A program made the position numbers and the translations under genes. Positions 51,878 to 63,400 of a stretch of DNA of 64,000 bases are shown one piece after another; position 1 is the first letter of the stretch, and every line of letters begins with the position of its first letter. Under the pieces are notes generated by a model, which worked only from the letters and a program-made list of their open reading frames with translations, was not told where the DNA came from and did not search any database. Source of the DNA: a virus; IMG/VR virus record IMGVR_UViG_3300050821_003907, positions 1 to 64,000 of that record. One strand, given 5' to 3'.

Positions 51878-54800
51878 GTGACCCGGATACTCGGTGAAGC
51901 CGGTGTTGCTGTTGTCCCGATTACAGACGCTTTCCGGTCTCAGCTTGACGCGAAGGTTCGCGCGCAGATGGCAGGATTGCGTCCTGAACTTAACATCGGT
52001 GCTAACACTAAGCAAGTAGACGCAGCCGTAGCCAAGATTATGGCTACCGTAAAGGCCGCGAATCCGGCAATGCGCCTCCAGTTTGTTACAACTGAAGCTG
52101 TGGCAGAACTGGCACGCTTTGAAGCTGCTGTAAGGGCGCTAGGCCGTCCTACGGTTAAGTTCAACATGGACATGTCACAGGCTGACCGTCAGGTCGCCGT
52201 GATGCAGGGTTACCTGGACAAGCTCAAGGAAGCCATCATGCGTGGCGCTGAGCTTAACATTGACGATGTCAATGCCCTCAAGAAGCTCGGGACTGTGGGC
52301 GCATTCGTTGCCCGTCTTGACAAGCAGCTCAAGAGCCTTAAGGCTGACGCTGACGTGGCTCCGCTGATGGCTGAACTAGCCAAGGCTCGCGGCATGTTTG
52401 AGGACCTTTCCAAGGATTTGCGTAACCTGCACATAGGTGCAGATGCCACGCAACTTCAGGCTCAGATTGCCAAGGGTATCGCTGAAGCTAACATCCTTAA
52501 GGATGACCTTAAGGACATGGCGATGGACGTGGACGACTCATCGATGATGCGTAAATTCGCGGCCTCCATGACTGAAGTCGGCACGTTGCAAAGGCAGCTT
52601 AAGAACATGCCGATGGACGGGGATGTCACTCCGTTCTTGCTTAAGCTAGCGGCAGCGCGCAAGGAAGCTGACGCTGTCATGGAAACCATGACTCGTCCTG
52701 TGGTCATGAAGCTTGACATGAACCCGCTGTTGCAGGGACTAACTCGCGAGGAAGCGCTTGTTAATGCCCTTCAGCAAAAGCTCAGGCTGCGTACAGACAT
52801 TAACGACCAGGACGTGGAAGACTTCCTGGTTAAGACAGTTTCCCAAACTGAGGCTATGCGTCAGCTATTGCTGAACCTGCGAGCTAATGTCAGCGACTCT
52901 GAAGCCAAGGTCGCCCTGGATGACCTGATGGCGCGTGTTCTCGCTATTCAGGAGCGCATGTCCAACCTGTCTCCGCACGCCAGCCTTAGTAATTTGCTGA
53001 ATGACTTCGCTACTCTTGAGAATGTCGTAGGCAAGGCATCCCATGAATTTGGCACCATGGATGAGGGCACTAAGAGCGTCTTCAGGGACATGACTGGCCT
53101 GTCAGGTGCAGTAGGCCGTTTTGGAGACCGCGTAGTAGGCGCTGGCCGAGACGGTACTAACAGCATTAACATGATGACGGGTGCCGTAGGTGGCTTCCTT
53201 AAGGGCATGGGCCACGTCACCTTGTTCGGCGGGATGTTCAATAACCTGAATAAGTACCTGCTTAGCTTTGTAAGTGGCTGGCATCTGCTAGCTGACGCTA
53301 TTTTTGAAGTGATAGCTGTATGGGTGCCAGCAACTATTGCATTCGCAGCATGGGGTGCGGCAGCCGCTCCTGACGTTAAGAACGTAGTTACTCAGTTCCA
53401 GAACATGGGAACGGCTGTCGCCGCAACAGGCCAGAAGCTAAATAACTTCCAAGGGGCAACCAAGCTGTTTGGTGACTCTATGCAGATGGCTGTCCGCCCT
53501 GCTGTGTGGAACCTTGTCGGTGACGCTATTCAAGTAGTGAATGCTCGTTCTGGTGCATTCGTTGGCTTCCTGAAGCAGATGAACCCGCTAGTAGAGAGCC
53601 TTGGCGCTCGCGCTACTGTTGCACTTAAGAACGGGTTCGGAAACTTCTTGTCCAATGGCGCGAAGATGTTCTACCAGCTGGGAACAGCCATCGGGAACTT
53701 CTTGGGAATCCTGGGTAACCTAGGCAAGGTAGTTCCTCACTACGCTGAAATTCTTCTCGGCTTGGGAACAGCGTTCCTTAAGGTTGTTGAAGACATTACG
53801 GCATCTCCGTTGTTCCAGTCAATTATTGGCTTCGGCCTGAAGATGCACGGTGCTGCGGTTTACATTGGCGTCTTCATCACACTGCTAGCTACCCTGGGCC
53901 GAAGCCTGCTGGGTGGTTTCTTGCAAGGATTTGCCTCAGCTCGCAATAAGATGCAGGACTTCGCGGATTCTGAACGTGCGGCAGCGGAAGCTACTAATAA
54001 CCTGGCAGAGGCTACTAACACGGCGGGCGCAAAGCTAAAGAATGGCGCAGAGGACGCTACCAACTTGTCCGCAAGCATGAGTAACCTAGGACAACACACT
54101 CAGGAAGGTGAAGCTGCCCTTAAGGATGCAGGAGCTGCATCGGAGGATACTCGTGGCAAGTTCCAGAAGCTAGGTTCAGGGCTAGGCGGCCTCGTTGGCA
54201 ACATAAGCAACCTGGGAACCAAGAGCGTAGGCACCTGGAATTCCATGGACAAGGGCGCGTCTACCTTGTCCAGGATGGGCGGCTTCGCCAAGAAAGCAGG
54301 AGTCGGCGCGCTCGGCATGATTTCGTCCTTTACAGGACTAGGCCCGGTTGGCTTGGCGATAGGTGGCGTGGCAGCGGCAATCGGCATCGGACTGTACTTC
54401 GCCTTGAAGAAGTCTACTGACGCTACTCAAAGTTTCGTTAACGCTCAACTTAGCATGGCGGATAACGCCACCATCGGAACTTTCACGCAAGACATGACGC
54501 GTGGAATCAGCCTAATGCAGTTGAAGCTTGTTGCCACCAGTAACCAGATGGTTACCATGGCGCGGTCTTCCAACGTAATGGGTACCGTAGGCAAGCAGGA
54601 CGTGGATGTCTGGTCCGGAGCTTGGGGCAACGCTAAGTGGAAGCTAATAGCAGCTCAGGCCATTCTTACTGAATTCGTCCAGAAGACGAAGGATAACCCC
54701 AATCCCTTTGCGGCATGGAAGACCAGTGCTCCTCAGGCTCAAGCTCAGGCGCTTCTCAGTTCTTACGGTGAGCTGTCAAACGGAATCGCTGCTGCAAAAG

Positions 54801-57800
54801 AGCAGATGAATCAGTTTAACACTCACGTGGGTCAAGCACAGATGGCCATTAAGGGCATGACCGGGGAAAACCTGAATAGTGCTCAGGTAATGGGTGTTGC
54901 CACTAACGCAGGTATCAGCCTGAACTCCATGATTCATGACCAGGGCGGTGCATGGCAGCAGGACCTAGTACAGATTCTCGGTACCGTTCAGGGCTTCCAG
55001 GCAATGGGACCGGCAATTGGCGGAGCCAACACTGCCCTTAATGCTCTTAACATCACGACTTCCTCAACGTACCAGGAAATCCAGAAGGTAACCCAGGCTT
55101 ACCAGCAGTTCATCCAGATTGTAACCGGTTCAGAATCCGCGTATGCCACCTTTGCACAAGGCATGAACTCCCTGGCTACGGCAGTCGGCGCACCTAGTGC
55201 GGCTGCGGGTGGCGGCGCGGGCGGTGCAGGCGGCGGGGCTGCTGGAGGCGGAACTCTTACCTTCGCTAACGGCAAGATTAACTCCAGCGCTCCCGTAACT
55301 GGCAGCAGTGGTGTTATCGGTGGTGTGTCCTCTGGAGGCGTAGCTGCGCTGTCTGCGTACATTCAGCAGATTCAGCAGGCAGAAACCCTTCTTAACTCGC
55401 TCCAGACCCAGGCAGCCGTTTCGGGCAACAGCCCGCTAGCTAACACGGCGACAACCAAGGCAGGAAAGGACCTGGTAGCCCTCCTAGGCTCCGTTCCGGG
55501 CGTAGCCAATAATCCGGCTGCTGTACCGTCTCTGTCCGCTCTCGCGCAGACTGCGGGCTTTACAGGCAACACTGCGAGCTACCAGGACATCGTCAAGTGG
55601 GCGGGCAGCGCAAGCAATGCGCAAAGTGACCTGACTAAGCAGACTAACGCTCTCACGGCAGCTACTTCAGACCTGAACCGTGACGCTGCCGCGCTGAACA
55701 GCACAATGACTACGCAGATGCAGCAGTCTATGGCTTCTGCAATCCTAGGTGCCGAGGGCGCAACCCAGAAGTTCCAGCAGGCTGCACGGGCCGTAATAGC
55801 GTGGCAGAATGCAGGGTCTAACCTTAGCGGTTCTAACTATACTAAGCTGCTGAACAGCCTGCGACCGATGGCAGAGACGCTGCTGCGCACTACGCACAGT
55901 AGTAGCCTGGCTAAGCAGCAGCTTGAAGGCTTCCTGGAGCAGATGGGCATTGCACCGGGAGTAGCCGCCAAGATGGCTAATGCATTGCTGCGCAGCAATG
56001 CTGCTGCTAGTGCTAACGCCGCTGCTAACCGCAGTGTTTCCCTGTCCCTGGCTCAGGTGGCTAAGGCAACGCAAGCTACTATAACTAACGTCACGACTTC
56101 TCGTGCTGCCTGGGTTCACTTCGGTGAGTCCCTGGGAATGAGCGCTCAACAAGCTAACAAGCTGTGGGGCAAGCTAAAGGAGAATGGCCTTCAGAACCTG
56201 CTTCACCAGACCGCTGGCACGGAAACGGCATTTCAGAAGCTGGCACGTCAGTTCGGTATTAGCAAGACTCAGGCTGACGCATTGTGGAACAAGTTCCACG
56301 ATGGTTCCATGGACATGCTGAAGAACAAGGCTAACAGCACCTTCAGTGCGTTCATGAAGCTGGCGCATCAGTTCGGTGTTACGGCTGAAAGTGCCTCCAT
56401 GCTGTGGCAGCGCGCTCACCAGCAGCAGTTCGACATGCTGTCTGGCAAGTCCCGCATAACTGTACAACAGCTTCAGGGACTGGCACACGAGTTTGGCCTT
56501 AGCGGAACTCAGGCACAGACGCTGTGGGCCGTAATGCACAAGCAGTACCTTGATGCACTGGCAGGCAAGGCAGGCATTACTCACAACCAGTTCTCACGCC
56601 TGGCAACTATGCTGGACCTGAACAAGACTGAGGCTAACGCCCTGTGGGCAATGATGCGCCGTCAGTACCTTGACACTCTGACCAGCAAGGCGAATGTCAG
56701 CTACAGTGCATTCCTGCGCCTGGCTAAGGGCTTCGGCATCACTAATACCGCCGCTGCGCAAATGTGGGCGCAGGCACGCCAGCAGCAGTTCGACATGCTG
56801 TCTAACAAGTCGCGGATAACTAATAGCCAGCTTCAGAAACTGGCGCACCAGTTTGGCGTTAGCACTACCTCCGCTAGCCAGCTGTGGTCGATGATGCGCC
56901 AGCAGTACCTGGACGCGCTGACGAGCAAGACAGGCGTAAGCAAGAGCGCATTCGATGCCTGGGCACGTTCCGCGCACATCAGCACTGGTGAAGCTAACAC
57001 CCTGTGGAACATGCTGCACCAGCAGTACTTTGATGAGCTTACTGCAAAGGCTTCACGTAACAGGAGCCAGTTTGACGCTCTTAGCGAAGCATGGCACGTT
57101 AGCGCGGTAAAGGCTGACGCCCTGTGGCGCGTTCTTCAGCAGCAGTACCTTGACCAGATTACGCACAAGGCTACGATGTCTCACCAGGCATTCGACACCT
57201 TGGCCAAGAAGCTGGGTTACAGCAGCACCGAAGCTGACGCCATGTGGAACTCCCTTAAGAGGATGTCCGGAAACTACGGCGTGCACGTTCACACCAACGT
57301 AGATGGTGGCGGTAAGGTTGGCGCTGAGGTTACCGTTAGCGCGGCTATCGCTAACACCATGAAGGCTGCGGGTAACCTGGGCAGCACTGTGCTTAAGTCC
57401 CTTGGACTGGCGCAAGGTGGCTTGGTACCTTCTCACTTTGCAGGCGGCGGCAGTGTCCCCGGCTGGGGAAACCACGACTCCGTGCCTGCAATGCTCATGC
57501 CTGGTGAGCTTGTCATCCCGAAGAACCACGCAGCCGAATTCGCCTCCCAGGCTAAGCGCAAGGGAATCCCCGGTTTTGCCGGGGGTGGTATCGTCGGCGC
57601 TACTACTAGCCCGCTGGCAGGCGTCGGTGGCCTGGTTAACACGCAGACTAGCGGTAACGTGGCAGAAATGCCCGCCGAAGGTAACCAGCTGGCTACTATT
57701 CCCGCTAAGCTCATAGGTGAAGTGGGCAAGCTGGGACCGATGGTTACCCAGGAGCTTGTTGCCAGCATTCAGGCAGTACAGTCTGCCATCATGAATTCAG

Positions 57801-60409
57801 GCAGCAACGCTGCTGTCCCTGGTGGAGTCGTAGCTGGCAATGCCATGGGCAACCTGATGGAAATCGGCAAGTACCTTATGTCACAGGGAGCTTCGGCTGC
57901 TGCGGCTGCTGGTATCGCATCTGTTGTTTACGGTGAGTCTGCGGGTAACCCGGAATCTGTAGGCTCTGGTGGTTACGGCCTTATCGGATGGACTGGAAAC
58001 AGCATCGGCCTTCCCGCTGGCTATCACGGCCCGACAGGCAATGCGTCTAAGGACCTTGCAATCCAGATGGCCGGACTTGTGGGTTACGGTAAGGCAAATG
58101 GCCCATGGGGCTCGCTTATCAAGATGACAGACCCGGTTGCCGCTGGCGACATGTGGTCTAGCGTGTTCGAGCGCCCCGCTGTTCACCTTTCTGACACACG
58201 GCCTAGCCTGGCTACCCAGCTTTACGCTTCCCTCAGGGGATTCAAGGGAATGGGGCCAGTTGCGCCTGGAGCTGCGGGCGTAGGAAGTACCCCGTCTTCT
58301 AGCGCTGGCCGCATCCTGTCCGATGCAGAACGCTACGTCGGCCACCCTTACCGCTTTGGCGGTTCTTCTAACCCGTCCACCGGATGGGACTGCTCCTCAT
58401 TCGCCTCATGGGTACTTGGTCACGACCTGGGCCTGGCACTCCCTGGCGGCTCGTGGGCATCTACCACCAACAGCGGTCAGTCACACGGTGATGTTGCCAG
58501 CATGTTCGCGAACCTGCCCGGCGCACATCCTGTAGGCAGCAACCCTGCCCAGATTATGCCGGGCGACGTTCTAGTGTGGCCTGACCACGTTGGATTTGGC
58601 GTTGGCCCTAATAAGATGTTCTCTGCCTACGGCACGAACTTCGGCACTATTTTCTCTAACGCGCAGGCTTCAGGCGGCCTTACCATCATGCGTTACGGTG
58701 CAGGAGCTCAGTTCGGTGGCGGCTCGGCAATGCCCGGACCCCAGCAGGACACGGGAGCTTTCACCTTTAACTTCGCTGAAGGCGGTACTGTCGGTAACCT
58801 TGGTGCCGGTGGCCTTAAGGGCGCTAAGGCCGCGCTGTCCAGGGGTGCAAAGCCCCTGACGCGTACCGGTCACCCAACGCACAAGCCCAAGCCTAAGCTT
58901 CCTACAGAGGCTCAGGATATCGCTGCCTACAACTCCCTGCTCAAGCAGGTAGTGCACTACTACGACCAGGCAATGGTGCTGGCAGATGCTTCTGAGAAGC
59001 AAGCTGTCACTAAGGCTCCTACGGCTGCGCAGAAGGCTGCGGACATTGCAGCGGCCAGTCACCTTACTTCTGAGGCTGACCAGCGGAGTGCTAAGACTGC
59101 AAAAGACCGTAGCCTGCTCAACAAGGCTAACAAGCTAAGCGCGCAGGCTCACGCATACTCTCACACTGAATCAGAGCGCAGGAACCTGCTGGCCCTGGCT
59201 AATAACGACGCGTTTGCCGCTAATCACGCAAGCATCAAGCCTGCCGCTAAGAAGGCCCTCATGCGTGAGGCAGCACTGCTCACCACTGAGGCTAACCGGC
59301 CTAAGTACGGTAAGGGACAGAAGGACAGGCTACTGCACGAGGCTGCTGTTGACCGCAGCAAGGTGTCCTACTCCCACACGGGAGCACAAAGGAAGACCCT
59401 GCTTGCAGAAGCTGCACGTGACCGGGCTGCGACGCACACCAAGAACGGAAGCCTAGCGCAGGCAGAGCACTACCTGGCACTGGCAGCGGCTGCTGACAAG
59501 AAAATGGCTGCGCTTGACCACAAGGACAATGGCCGTCTAAGCAAGCTAATTGCCCCGTCTAAGCTCAAGACCCTTGTGGCAGACGCACAGGAACTAGCGG
59601 ACCTCGGACTACTAGGCGACGACCCGTTGCTGCGCACCATGCGTTCTTACACAGGCGTGATTAGCAGTCCTAAGCTGAAGAACGCAATGAAGACTGCTAG
59701 TGGCTCTGTGCACTCAGACGTGGTTGCACGGGCGGCGGCAGCTAGCTCAGCCGCTTCTCCTATCAAGGGAGTTAACACGGGGCTAGGCCAGAACGTTACC
59801 CGCTGGGCACCGGACGTAAGCAAGGTACTCGCAATGGAGGGCCTGCCTCAGAGCCTGCTGAACCAGGTCCTGTACCAGATTAGCACTGAAAGCTCTGGTA
59901 ATCCGACTGCCATTAACCTCTGGGACAGCAATGCAAAGGCAGGACATCCTTCTCAGGGTCTTCTCCAGACAATCCCGTCTACATTCAAGGCGTTCCACTG
60001 GCCCGGAACTAGCAATAACATTGACGACCCGATGGCTAACATCGCGGCTGCGGTCAATTACGCTAAGCACACTTACGGCGACCGCTTGATGACTAACGGA
60101 ACAGGTCTTGGGTCAGGTCGTGGATACGCTCTGGGCGGTATTATTCCTGAGCCGGTATTCGGTGTAGGTGCTTCTGGTCGTCGTTATTCTTTCGGAGAGC
60201 GCGGGCCTGAGCGCATCCTGCCAGGCACTACGCCTAATGGCGGCGGCGCGGGCGGACCCGGAATGACAACGTACCAGGCGAACACAATGCTTCAGTTGCT
60301 AGGACAGCTAGTCACCATTAATCGTCAGCAGCCTCAACAACTGGCGCAAGCACAATCACGTGGTTCTGGACATTCTGCCATGTCAGGGTTTACGCAGCTC
60401 GGTCGTTAG
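51878..60409 (+). CDS. Tape measure protein with tail lysozyme, NlpC/P60 and SLT domains
   Basis: 2843 aa helical; ESAGNP..GYGLIGWT; YRFGG..WDCSS..HVG; ESSGNP..SQGLLQ. Confidence 0.93.
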   Translation: MTRILGEAGVAVVPITDAFRSQLDAKVRAQMAGLRPELNIGANTKQVDAAVAKIMATVKAANPAMRLQFVTTEAVAELARFEAAVRALGRPTVKFNMDMSQADRQVAVMQGYLDKLKEAIMRGAELNIDDVNALKKLGTVGAFVARLDKQLKSLKADADVAPLMAELAKARGMFEDLSKDLRNLHIGADATQLQAQIAKGIAEANILKDDLKDMAMDVDDSSMMRKFAASMTEVGTLQRQLKNMPMDGDVTPFLLKLAAARKEADAVMETMTRPVVMKLDMNPLLQGLTREEALVNALQQKLRLRTDINDQDVEDFLVKTVSQTEAMRQLLLNLRANVSDSEAKVALDDLMARVLAIQERMSNLSPHASLSNLLNDFATLENVVGKASHEFGTMDEGTKSVFRDMTGLSGAVGRFGDRVVGAGRDGTNSINMMTGAVGGFLKGMGHVTLFGGMFNNLNKYLLSFVSGWHLLADAIFEVIAVWVPATIAFAAWGAAAAPDVKNVVTQFQNMGTAVAATGQKLNNFQGATKLFGDSMQMAVRPAVWNLVGDAIQVVNARSGAFVGFLKQMNPLVESLGARATVALKNGFGNFLSNGAKMFYQLGTAIGNFLGILGNLGKVVPHYAEILLGLGTAFLKVVEDITASPLFQSIIGFGLKMHGAAVYIGVFITLLATLGRSLLGGFLQGFASARNKMQDFADSERAAAEATNNLAEATNTAGAKLKNGAEDATNLSASMSNLGQHTQEGEAALKDAGAASEDTRGKFQKLGSGLGGLVGNISNLGTKSVGTWNSMDKGASTLSRMGGFAKKAGVGALGMISSFTGLGPVGLAIGGVAAAIGIGLYFALKKSTDATQSFVNAQLSMADNATIGTFTQDMTRGISLMQLKLVATSNQMVTMARSSNVMGTVGKQDVDVWSGAWGNAKWKLIAAQAILTEFVQKTKDNPNPFAAWKTSAPQAQAQALLSSYGELSNGIAAAKEQMNQFNTHVGQAQMAIKGMTGENLNSAQVMGVATNAGISLNSMIHDQGGAWQQDLVQILGTVQGFQAMGPAIGGANTALNALNITTSSTYQEIQKVTQAYQQFIQIVTGSESAYATFAQGMNSLATAVGAPSAAAGGGAGGAGGGAAGGGTLTFANGKINSSAPVTGSSGVIGGVSSGGVAALSAYIQQIQQAETLLNSLQTQAAVSGNSPLANTATTKAGKDLVALLGSVPGVANNPAAVPSLSALAQTAGFTGNTASYQDIVKWAGSASNAQSDLTKQTNALTAATSDLNRDAAALNSTMTTQMQQSMASAILGAEGATQKFQQAARAVIAWQNAGSNLSGSNYTKLLNSLRPMAETLLRTTHSSSLAKQQLEGFLEQMGIAPGVAAKMANALLRSNAAASANAAANRSVSLSLAQVAKATQATITNVTTSRAAWVHFGESLGMSAQQANKLWGKLKENGLQNLLHQTAGTETAFQKLARQFGISKTQADALWNKFHDGSMDMLKNKANSTFSAFMKLAHQFGVTAESASMLWQRAHQQQFDMLSGKSRITVQQLQGLAHEFGLSGTQAQTLWAVMHKQYLDALAGKAGITHNQFSRLATMLDLNKTEANALWAMMRRQYLDTLTSKANVSYSAFLRLAKGFGITNTAAAQMWAQARQQQFDMLSNKSRITNSQLQKLAHQFGVSTTSASQLWSMMRQQYLDALTSKTGVSKSAFDAWARSAHISTGEANTLWNMLHQQYFDELTAKASRNRSQFDALSEAWHVSAVKADALWRVLQQQYLDQITHKATMSHQAFDTLAKKLGYSSTEADAMWNSLKRMSGNYGVHVHTNVDGGGKVGAEVTVSAAIANTMKAAGNLGSTVLKSLGLAQGGLVPSHFAGGGSVPGWGNHDSVPAMLMPGELVIPKNHAAEFASQAKRKGIPGFAGGGIVGATTSPLAGVGGLVNTQTSGNVAEMPAEGNQLATIPAKLIGEVGKLGPMVTQELVASIQAVQSAIMNSGSNAAVPGGVVAGNAMGNLMEIGKYLMSQGASAAAAAGIASVVYGESAGNPESVGSGGYGLIGWTGNSIGLPAGYHGPTGNASKDLAIQMAGLVGYGKANGPWGSLIKMTDPVAAGDMWSSVFERPAVHLSDTRPSLATQLYASLRGFKGMGPVAPGAAGVGSTPSSSAGRILSDAERYVGHPYRFGGSSNPSTGWDCSSFASWVLGHDLGLALPGGSWASTTNSGQSHGDVASMFANLPGAHPVGSNPAQIMPGDVLVWPDHVGFGVGPNKMFSAYGTNFGTIFSNAQASGGLTIMRYGAGAQFGGGSAMPGPQQDTGAFTFNFAEGGTVGNLGAGGLKGAKAALSRGAKPLTRTGHPTHKPKPKLPTEAQDIAAYNSLLKQVVHYYDQAMVLADASEKQAVTKAPTAAQKAADIAAASHLTSEADQRSAKTAKDRSLLNKANKLSAQAHAYSHTESERRNLLALANNDAFAANHASIKPAAKKALMREAALLTTEANRPKYGKGQKDRLLHEAAVDRSKVSYSHTGAQRKTLLAEAARDRAATHTKNGSLAQAEHYLALAAAADKKMAALDHKDNGRLSKLIAPSKLKTLVADAQELADLGLLGDDPLLRTMRSYTGVISSPKLKNAMKTASGSVHSDVVARAAAASSAASPIKGVNTGLGQNVTRWAPDVSKVLAMEGLPQSLLNQVLYQISTESSGNPTAINLWDSNAKAGHPSQGLLQTIPSTFKAFHWPGTSNNIDDPMANIAAAVNYAKHTYGDRLMTNGTGLGSGRGYALGGIIPEPVFGVGASGRRYSFGERGPERILPGTTPNGGGAGGPGMTTYQANTMLQLLGQLVTINRQQPQQLAQAQSRGSGHSAMSGFTQLGR
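56220..57260 (+). repeat. Nine ~120 bp (40 aa) tape-measure repeats
   Basis: (A/Q)F..LA..FG.....A..LW....QQ..D.L..K units at 120 nt period. Confidence 0.8.
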
Positions 60410-60445
60410 ACTAGACTGTGCCATAGGAATTGAGAAGGGACTTTC

Positions 60446-63400
60446 ATGCCTGTATACACCGGTAGCACCAAGTACCCCTATGCGATGACCGTTAATGCGC
60501 AAGCGGGTGCCGCTACCGTCGTATCCGAGAACGTTCAGCCTATTTATGTTGACAGTTTCACCACGTACCAGTTCACGGTAATCTGCAAGACAAGTGCTAC
60601 CTGGTCTTCCGGTGTCACCATTACCGTGAACTACTTCAATTCCTCGAATGTGTCTGTAGGAACTGTTACTGCCACGCAGACTTCCATGGTAGCCAACAAC
60701 CTGTACACCATTTCCACGACAGCCGGGACTGCTCCTGCCGCTACGTCTTATGCCACGCTTACCATTCAGTTCAACGGTTCCCCGGCCCTGACTAACACCC
60801 TGTCCATCGTGCAAGCAGGGCTTTACAATACTAACAACCCCAATCTTGACTATGAGATTAACCAGAATGCCGCGTTTGCAAACGGCACGCAACCTTGGAG
60901 CCAGTCTAACAACAGCGCCCTTATAGGGTGGGACTGGACCCCGCTAGCCGTGGGTGACGGTAACTACGACAGCTTGCTCATCAGCGGTGTTGTTGAGCTT
61001 ATCGGAGGACCCGCAGGAGTTCCTTCTGACATTCCTGAACTTATAGACAGCAACGGCGTAGGGGCTACTTTCCGGCTTCTTGCGCCTCCCTCTACTAACT
61101 CAGTAGCTTTTGGCTTTCAGAACTCTTACGACCTAGGTGCTCCCCAGCCTACTTCAGATGTAGTTGAGTCACTGCTGCTGGACGGTGAGCGTCCCTTTGG
61201 CTACAGGGCTTCTAACCGGACTATCACGCTACCTATCCTTATTGAGGGCACTTCACAGGCAATCGTGCAAGCCGCACGAGAGTACATGATGTACCTAATT
61301 GACCAGCAGTTGTGGAAGCTTACCTGGACTCCCGCAAGCAATGGCCTGCCCCTTGTATTTGACTGCTTCAGGGCGCAGCCAACAGTTCTTTCTTACGGTT
61401 TTGACTACAACCGTGACCCCACGGCTGGAAGCGGCGGTACCGCCTACACCTCCATGACATTGACTTTCCAGGCGATGCCTTACGGTCATAGTGGAATAGA
61501 TGGCACCAAGGACCTGGCGTTTTCCAGCTTCCTCATTAACGGTCAGGCATCAGCCGGTGCGGTCACCATGGATGGCTACATTGGTGCGGGCGGTAACGCT
61601 AACTGGCAATGGGACACTCGCTGGTCAACCCTTAACTACCAGTTTCACGACTTTGAGACCAGCACTAGCGGCACCACGATTTCCACAGGAAACCTGGCAC
61701 CTACCAGCACAGACCCGTACGTCACTGCAAACGCAAGTCCCCACACAGCAGGCACCGGAACGGCAGTTTACTCAAATGCGCATGCTGCGCATGGCTCCTT
61801 GTCTTCTCTTTATAATTCAGGTGCCTCTGCTGGAACTGCCTACGTCGAAATAACTACGACACTTTCAGCGCAAACAGCTTATGCGCGAGCTTCTTATTAC
61901 CTCCCGGCACTCCCGGCTGCGGCAACGCAAGTTAGCCTGATGCAGGTCAATAATGCCGCTAACACGCAAGCTGTTGGAAAAGTATTTCTTAATCCTAGCG
62001 GTACGCTTAACTTTGTTACAGGCGCAGGTAACCAATACGCTATGGCGGTTGCCCTTCCCACAAGTCAGTGGGTGCGCATTGAGCTTAGCGTCAGTCCTAA
62101 CATCGTTAATAGCGCAGCAAACGCTAGTGCGACTGTAACGTGGTACCTAGGGGATAGCACTACACCCCAGGAATCAAAGACTTTTACCGGAATGTCGATA
62201 GGAACCGGTCCCGCTTCAGCCCCCGCTAACTTCTACTTCGGACTACTGTCAGCAACAGGCAATAACAACTACCAGGCTTACGTTGACGATATTGCCTGCG
62301 GGCCTACTCAGATAGGTCCTTACCGTACGCCTTCGGCAACAAATGTCAGCTTGCCTGGCGGTGTAGGTAGTGCTGTTCACTACATGCCTCCGCGCCCTGT
62401 AAAGCAGCCGTACCCTGCCGCTGTATTCGCGCGCTCTAGCTTGGGCTTCAATCTTGTAGGACTTAACTCCTTGCAGTGGTGGTTCGGGCAAGCCTACGAT
62501 TACGATTACGCTTACGACCCCACCTTCAGGTCAACTATCGTGTTCCGCTGGACGCTGACGGACAACGCTAATAATACGCTTAAGTTCAGTAAGACCTTCA
62601 ATGAAGTTAAGTGGAGCAAGAATGCGTCCGCCCCAACCTGGAGCAGGCTTACCGTTCCTATTCCGCAGGGCAATAACGTATTCAATTACGCCAACGTAGC
62701 CAGCTATTCCCTGGCCTTCACCAATCACAGTAGTGGCGGCACTTCTGGTTTCGTGAAAATGCATGCGTGGCTAAGCGGCTTGCAAGCTCTTCCGACCACC
62801 ATCAACAATAACCCTGGAACGCCTCGCGCGAACCTCTTCAACATATTTGGCGCTCCGGGTTCCGCACGTTCACCTATTTCCGTGCAGGCCCAGCTGCCTT
62901 CTCAGACAGGCAACGTAGTTCAGGAGTTTACGCAAGTCGGTTCCTGGACTGTGCCTCAAGGCGTTTACAGTGTTCAGGCTGAATGCTGGGGTGCTGGCGG
63001 GGCAGGCTCATCGTACAACACAGGCACTAACTACGCAGGCGGTGGCGGCGGCGGTGGCGAGTATGCCATGGAACCCGCGCTTACCGTAGTTCCCGGTACT
63101 AAGATTCCGTATTTCGTAGGAGCAGGCGGAGTCAGTGGTGAGCTGACTAATACCGTTCAATCGTGGAACTCATCAGGAATTGGCCACTGGCTGTGCCCGG
63201 CAAATGTAAGTTCCATACAGATTGAAGTGTGGGGCGGCGGTGCTGCTGGTTCCGCAGGCGGTGGCGGCGGCGGTGGCGGTGAATACGCCAAGGAAGCAAC
63301 GCTAGCGGTAACTCCCGGAAAGACTTACCAGTTTCAGGTAGGCCGGGCAGGTGTCCCTAACACGGGAACTAACACTGCCGCAACAGTAGCCCGAGACGGA

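Noticed and set aside
56220-57260. Periodic repeats as a CRISPR-like array
   Set aside because: In-frame, degenerate 120 nt coding repeats of the tape measure; no constant repeat with unique spacers
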